Assembly: GCA_050951325.1 (NCBI GenBank)
Contig: JBMNIW010000006.1
Span: 81,036-145,035, forward strand
Origin: Clostridia bacterium
Lineage (GTDB): Bacteria > Bacillota > Clostridia > UBA1212 > DUPL01
Reading direction: 5' to 3'
DNA: 64,000 bases
In this document: positions 60,468 through 64,000 of the stretch, one piece after another
How positions within the stretch are numbered: the first letter of the stretch is position 1
Layout: every line of letters begins with the position of its first letter
Position numbers and translations under genes: made by a program
The notes under the pieces: model-generated
Told to the model about the DNA's origin: nothing
Databases searched by the model: none
Seen by the model: the letters and a program-made list of their open reading frames with translations, nothing else

Positions 60468-61361
60468 TTATATTTTGCTTATGAGTTTAGAGTTATTTTT
60501 GTACTCAGCAGGTGTAACATTGGTGTATTTTTTGAAAACAGTACTAAAGTACTGGGATGATGAAAAACAAAGCATATGAGCTATTTCCGTTATTGTCAGG
60601 TCACTAGAGTCTAGCAATTCCCGTGCACGTTCAACTTTTTTACGCATAATGTACTCTCTTGGTGGATATCCTGTATATTCCTTAAACTTTATCTGGAATC
60701 TTGATTTACTTAATCCTGCTATATTAGCTAAGTAATCAATATCAATATAAAAATCAACATTCTCCTCTATATAATCTATGACAGGTTTTAAATAAAAGTC
60801 TGTAGTGTCTTTTATTACAGCTGAACACGCTAGCATTTCAATTAGTAGGTTTGTTAATGAGTTCCTTACAATAGTCATTTTATACATACTATCTGACTCA
60901 TAGGTATGAAGGATGGTATTAAAATAGTTTATTGCATTGCGACCAAGCTGTATAACTCTATTATTCTTAAATGTCTCTAAACATGCATTTAATAATCTTG
61001 TTCGTTCTTCTTCAAGAGGTGAAAGAAAATATCCATTGAAGTTTTTCAGTTCTACAATCATATAAAAAAACTCAGATTTATCAAAAGGTTCTCCACCTGT
61101 GCTATGCTCTTCGTCCGGTAGAGTTACAAATGCCTCCCCTGCATGAACAGTATATTTTTTGCCATCTACCTCATAAACTTGCTTTCCCTTAGTCATATAT
61201 GTAATTTCAAAGGCATCTTTATGAGTTTCTACACCTAAAGGAACGCATTTTCTAAGATATACAACCTTTCCAATTCTTAAAGGAAAGCTCTTACCAAAAA
61301 ACCTATATTCAGCGATCTCTCTCCTACCATATTTATCTTGTTTTTTATAGAGTTTATACAT
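60468..61361 (-). CDS. AraC family regulator (cupin plus HTH)
   Basis: Cupin His motifs; LTITEIAHMLCFSSSQYFSTVFKKYTNVTPAEYK. Confidence 0.92.
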   Translation of the reverse strand: MYKLYKKQDKYGRREIAEYRFFGKSFPLRIGKVVYLRKCVPLGVETHKDAFEITYMTKGKQVYEVDGKKYTVHAGEAFVTLPDEEHSTGGEPFDKSEFFYMIVELKNFNGYFLSPLEEERTRLLNACLETFKNNRVIQLGRNAINYFNTILHTYESDSMYKMTIVRNSLTNLLIEMLACSAVIKDTTDFYLKPVIDYIEENVDFYIDIDYLANIAGLSKSRFQIKFKEYTGYPPREYIMRKKVERARELLDSSDLTITEIAHMLCFSSSQYFSTVFKKYTNVTPAEYKNNSKLISKI

Positions 61362-61497
61362 TTTCTCACACTCCTTTGTTTAAAATTCTATCATAGTTAT
61401 TTCCTAGAGGCAATAACCGGCATACACTGGGTAATTTCAAAGTAAGCGTAAAATAGTGCACACCCCAATTTAATTGGAGTGTGCAATTTTTGAGTAA

Positions 61498-63111
61498 TCA
61501 AGCTTTTAAGAATTCCGGTAAGTTGTCAGACCAAGGAAGAAACTCGTCTAGCATTTCCTTATCACCCAAGTCAACATTTGGCAGTTTATCAAAAAGATAT
61601 TCCAAGTATAAATATGGATTCAAACCATTTTCTTTTGAAGTTTCAACCATGCTGTATATTATGGCGCTAGAGTTTGCTCCGCTGGGAGTATTGCTAAAAA
61701 TCCAGTTCTTTCGACCAATTGTGAATGGCCTTATTGAACGCTCGGCACGAATATTGGTCATTTCCAATCGGCCATCCAAAAGAAATCCTTCAAGCTTTTG
61801 CATCTGATTTTTGCAATAAGCTATTGCCTTACCTAAAGTACTCTTAGGTAATACCCTTGGATAATGATAATTAATCCACTTCTTAAACTCTTCTATGATT
61901 GGCCTGCTTTTTTCTTGGCGAATTCTGTAGCGTTCTTCATTGCTTAATTCTTCAATAGCTTTCTCAATAGCGAACAGCTGTGTAAAAAAGCGCAATCCCT
62001 CCTCTGCGAGTGAACTCTTGCTGTCATTGTTAGGAGGCATGGCTTTTATTACATTGGTAAACATGCGTTGGGCATGAGCCAGACAGCCAACGTTGATAAT
62101 TCCAGGCATGTCATTATACCCAGAATAACCATCTGTGGATAAATAACCTTTATATCCATCAAGGAATTCTCTGGGGTGTTTGCCTGCTCGCGTCATTTGA
62201 TAGTTGAATAAAACGATGTGTGGTCCTTCTCTTCCAGTCCGATAAAGCCACATGTATGATTTTGTGCTTGCAGGTCTGCCTGGTTCGTGTAGTACCTGCA
62301 AGGTAGTTTCATCAACATGTAGAATATCTCTTTGAATCAGATATTCTCTCATCCGCTCATACAGTGGTTTTAACCATCTGTCAGAGCTAAGGACCATCCA
62401 GTTCGACATTGTTTGCCTGGAAATTTTAAATCCTAATCTTGCCCAGTCTTGCTCCTGGCAATATAAAGGTAACCCCTTCACAAACTTCTCGCACATTACA
62501 TAAGCTATTGCTGATGCTGATGCAAAACTGTTTGGGAGGGCTGGATTAGGCATGGAAGCCTTTTTTATTGTTGCTTCCGTATCTTTCTTTTCACAGCATC
62601 TGCAGGAATATATGTACCTTACATGCTCCTTAAGCTTGACCTTTGCTGGGATTATCACAACTTCTCTTCTGGTTTCCTTGCTCATTACATGAAGTTTGCA
62701 GTTGCATTTATCACAAAACTGTTCTTCTTCCGGAAGAACGTATTCTATCGTTTCAACAGGAAGATTTTCAAACATCTCTTCCCTATGACCTTTTTTCTTT
62801 TTGTTTCTTGTGTAAACTATGGTTTCCTTCTCTTCTGACGTATTTGAATCATACTCCATCTCTGCTTCATTAAAGATAGGAAACGATAGTTGCTCACATA
62901 CACTTGTATCGCTGGAACGGCCGAAAGTCTTGCTCTTGCCAAGACGCAATTGTTCAAGTATAAATTCGATTTTCTGATTCAACTCATTATTCTCATGCTT
63001 TAACCTGGCAATCTCATTGTCTAACTTTTCTTTCTCAAGATTTGCACGATTAAGCTCTTCCATTAGTTTTTGATTTTCCTTTAGGTAATCTTCGATATTT
63101 GAATGCGTCAT
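61498..63111 (-). CDS. tnpC: IS66 transposase TnpC
   Basis: Coiled coil then FGRSS; Zn finger; HVDET, YMW, TDGYSGY, AERSIRP, GRKNW. Confidence 0.9.
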   Translation of the reverse strand: MTHSNIEDYLKENQKLMEELNRANLEKEKLDNEIARLKHENNELNQKIEFILEQLRLGKSKTFGRSSDTSVCEQLSFPIFNEAEMEYDSNTSEEKETIVYTRNKKKKGHREEMFENLPVETIEYVLPEEEQFCDKCNCKLHVMSKETRREVVIIPAKVKLKEHVRYIYSCRCCEKKDTEATIKKASMPNPALPNSFASASAIAYVMCEKFVKGLPLYCQEQDWARLGFKISRQTMSNWMVLSSDRWLKPLYERMREYLIQRDILHVDETTLQVLHEPGRPASTKSYMWLYRTGREGPHIVLFNYQMTRAGKHPREFLDGYKGYLSTDGYSGYNDMPGIINVGCLAHAQRMFTNVIKAMPPNNDSKSSLAEEGLRFFTQLFAIEKAIEELSNEERYRIRQEKSRPIIEEFKKWINYHYPRVLPKSTLGKAIAYCKNQMQKLEGFLLDGRLEMTNIRAERSIRPFTIGRKNWIFSNTPSGANSSAIIYSMVETSKENGLNPYLYLEYLFDKLPNVDLGDKEMLDEFLPWSDNLPEFLKA

Positions 63112-63247
63112 ATTTGAGTCCAATCTGCAAGTGTTTTGCTTTATTTTTCTTGTTTTTATTATATCATTCCAGAGCAAAAAAATCAAGCAAAAAAGGCTCG
63201 AAAACGCTTGTATTGCTTGATTTTCTTAACTTCCGTATTTCATTTTT

Positions 63248-63604
63248 CTAGGATACTACACAGTACTTTAGTTCTTTAAATCTGCTCTTTTGCTCTATTG
63301 GAATCCCGTCCAAAAGCCATCTTAATTCTCTTGCAGTAATCTCCTTTATGCTGTCATCATCTTCTTTTGGCCAGGCAAATGTGCCTTTCTCTAGCCTTTT
63401 GTAGTATAGCCAGAATCCGTTGCTTTCCCAGTGTAGTATTTTTATTTTTGTCCTGTTTCTATTACAGAATACAAACAGGGCAGCTGAAAACAAATCCAAA
63501 TTAAAACTCTCTGAAACTATTAAGGATAAACCATCGATGGACTTTCGTAAATCAGTAGCTCCACAAGCAAGGTATACCTTACAGTTTCCCAAACCATTTA
63601 TCAT
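63248..63604 (-). CDS. tnpB: IS66 accessory protein TnpB
   Basis: TDLRKSIDGL, LFVFCNRNR, GFWLYYKRLEKG. Confidence 0.93.
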   Translation of the reverse strand: MINGLGNCKVYLACGATDLRKSIDGLSLIVSESFNLDLFSAALFVFCNRNRTKIKILHWESNGFWLYYKRLEKGTFAWPKEDDDSIKEITARELRWLLDGIPIEQKSRFKELKYCVVS

Positions 63605-63918
63605 ACTGTTTTCAACACCCTTAAGAGATCTTCCAACAATCTAGTATCCACATCTTGTGATATTTCAATTTTGAATTCTTTGTATTTGATAACTATTGGA
63701 CTATGTTGAGTAGTATCATCCAATACCTGAAGCGGCAGCCACCGGCTTTGTCCCTGTTCCTTATCATTCTTTTCTTGTATTACTTTTCGCCAATGTCTAA
63801 AAGTACCGTATACTTCTCCATTTTCCTGACACCATTGGCGCATGCTTAGTCCACTTTTATCAAACTGTTCTACCTTCTTTTCCCACATCAATAGTTTTTC
63901 ATCTCGCGTCATCTTCAA
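63601..63918 (-). CDS. tnpA: IS66 accessory protein TnpA
   Basis: SGLSMRQWC...TFRHWR HTH; ATGA overlap with tnpB. Confidence 0.85.
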   Translation of the reverse strand: MKMTRDEKLLMWEKKVEQFDKSGLSMRQWCQENGEVYGTFRHWRKVIQEKNDKEQGQSRWLPLQVLDDTTQHSPIVIKYKEFKIEISQDVDTRLLEDLLRVLKTV

Positions 63919-64000
63919 TACCTTCCTAACTTATGAAAGTTCTGCTTTAATACATCTTTTTGCTCTATCATTCTCGCAAACATTCATTCATCTCACAAGG

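Larger units (their letters stand above)
61442..64000 (-). mobile_element. IS66-family insertion sequence (other end beyond the window)
   Basis: Terminal GTAAGCGT at 61442; tnpA-tnpB-tnpC order on the minus strand. Confidence 0.88.

Noticed and set aside
63248-63604. TnpB as an RNA-guided nuclease
   Set aside because: This is the 118-aa IS66 accessory TnpB, unrelated to the IS200/IS605 RuvC TnpB.

Overview
64 kb of a Clostridia-type (Bacillota) chromosome, probably a spore former (sleB, a PdaB-like deacetylase, yunC). About 1-44 kb is mostly core and envelope genes: nagB-glmM next to a GH106-like/CotH/MBL-lipoprotein unit, tandem paralogous Pro/Thr-linker surface proteins, sleB, two DUF4846-like genes, rqcH, the priA-def-fmt-rlmN-stp-pknB-rsgA-rpe cluster (no rsmB), an isolated hisF, Lrp plus an aminotransferase, and a polar amino-acid ABC transporter. 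About 45-64 kb is accessory and ends in an IS21 (istA/istB), an AraC gene and an IS66 that runs off the window. The best candidate for an undescribed system is an ECF sigma factor (44964-45563) overlapping a gene in the anti-sigma position. That gene encodes a short cytoplasmic domain, one TM helix, a Pro/Thr stalk and a complete extracellular serpin, which suggests a protease-sensing sigma/anti-sigma pair. Other notable signals: a lipoprotein switched off by an A9 tract (48404-48412), a PASTA repeat of PknB split by a Pro/Thr/Glu insert, a multi-TM LuxR regulator, a TetR promoter with two operators, and several gene remnants. I saw no rRNA, tRNA or CRISPR array. All product calls come from recognising motifs by eye; no database search was run.
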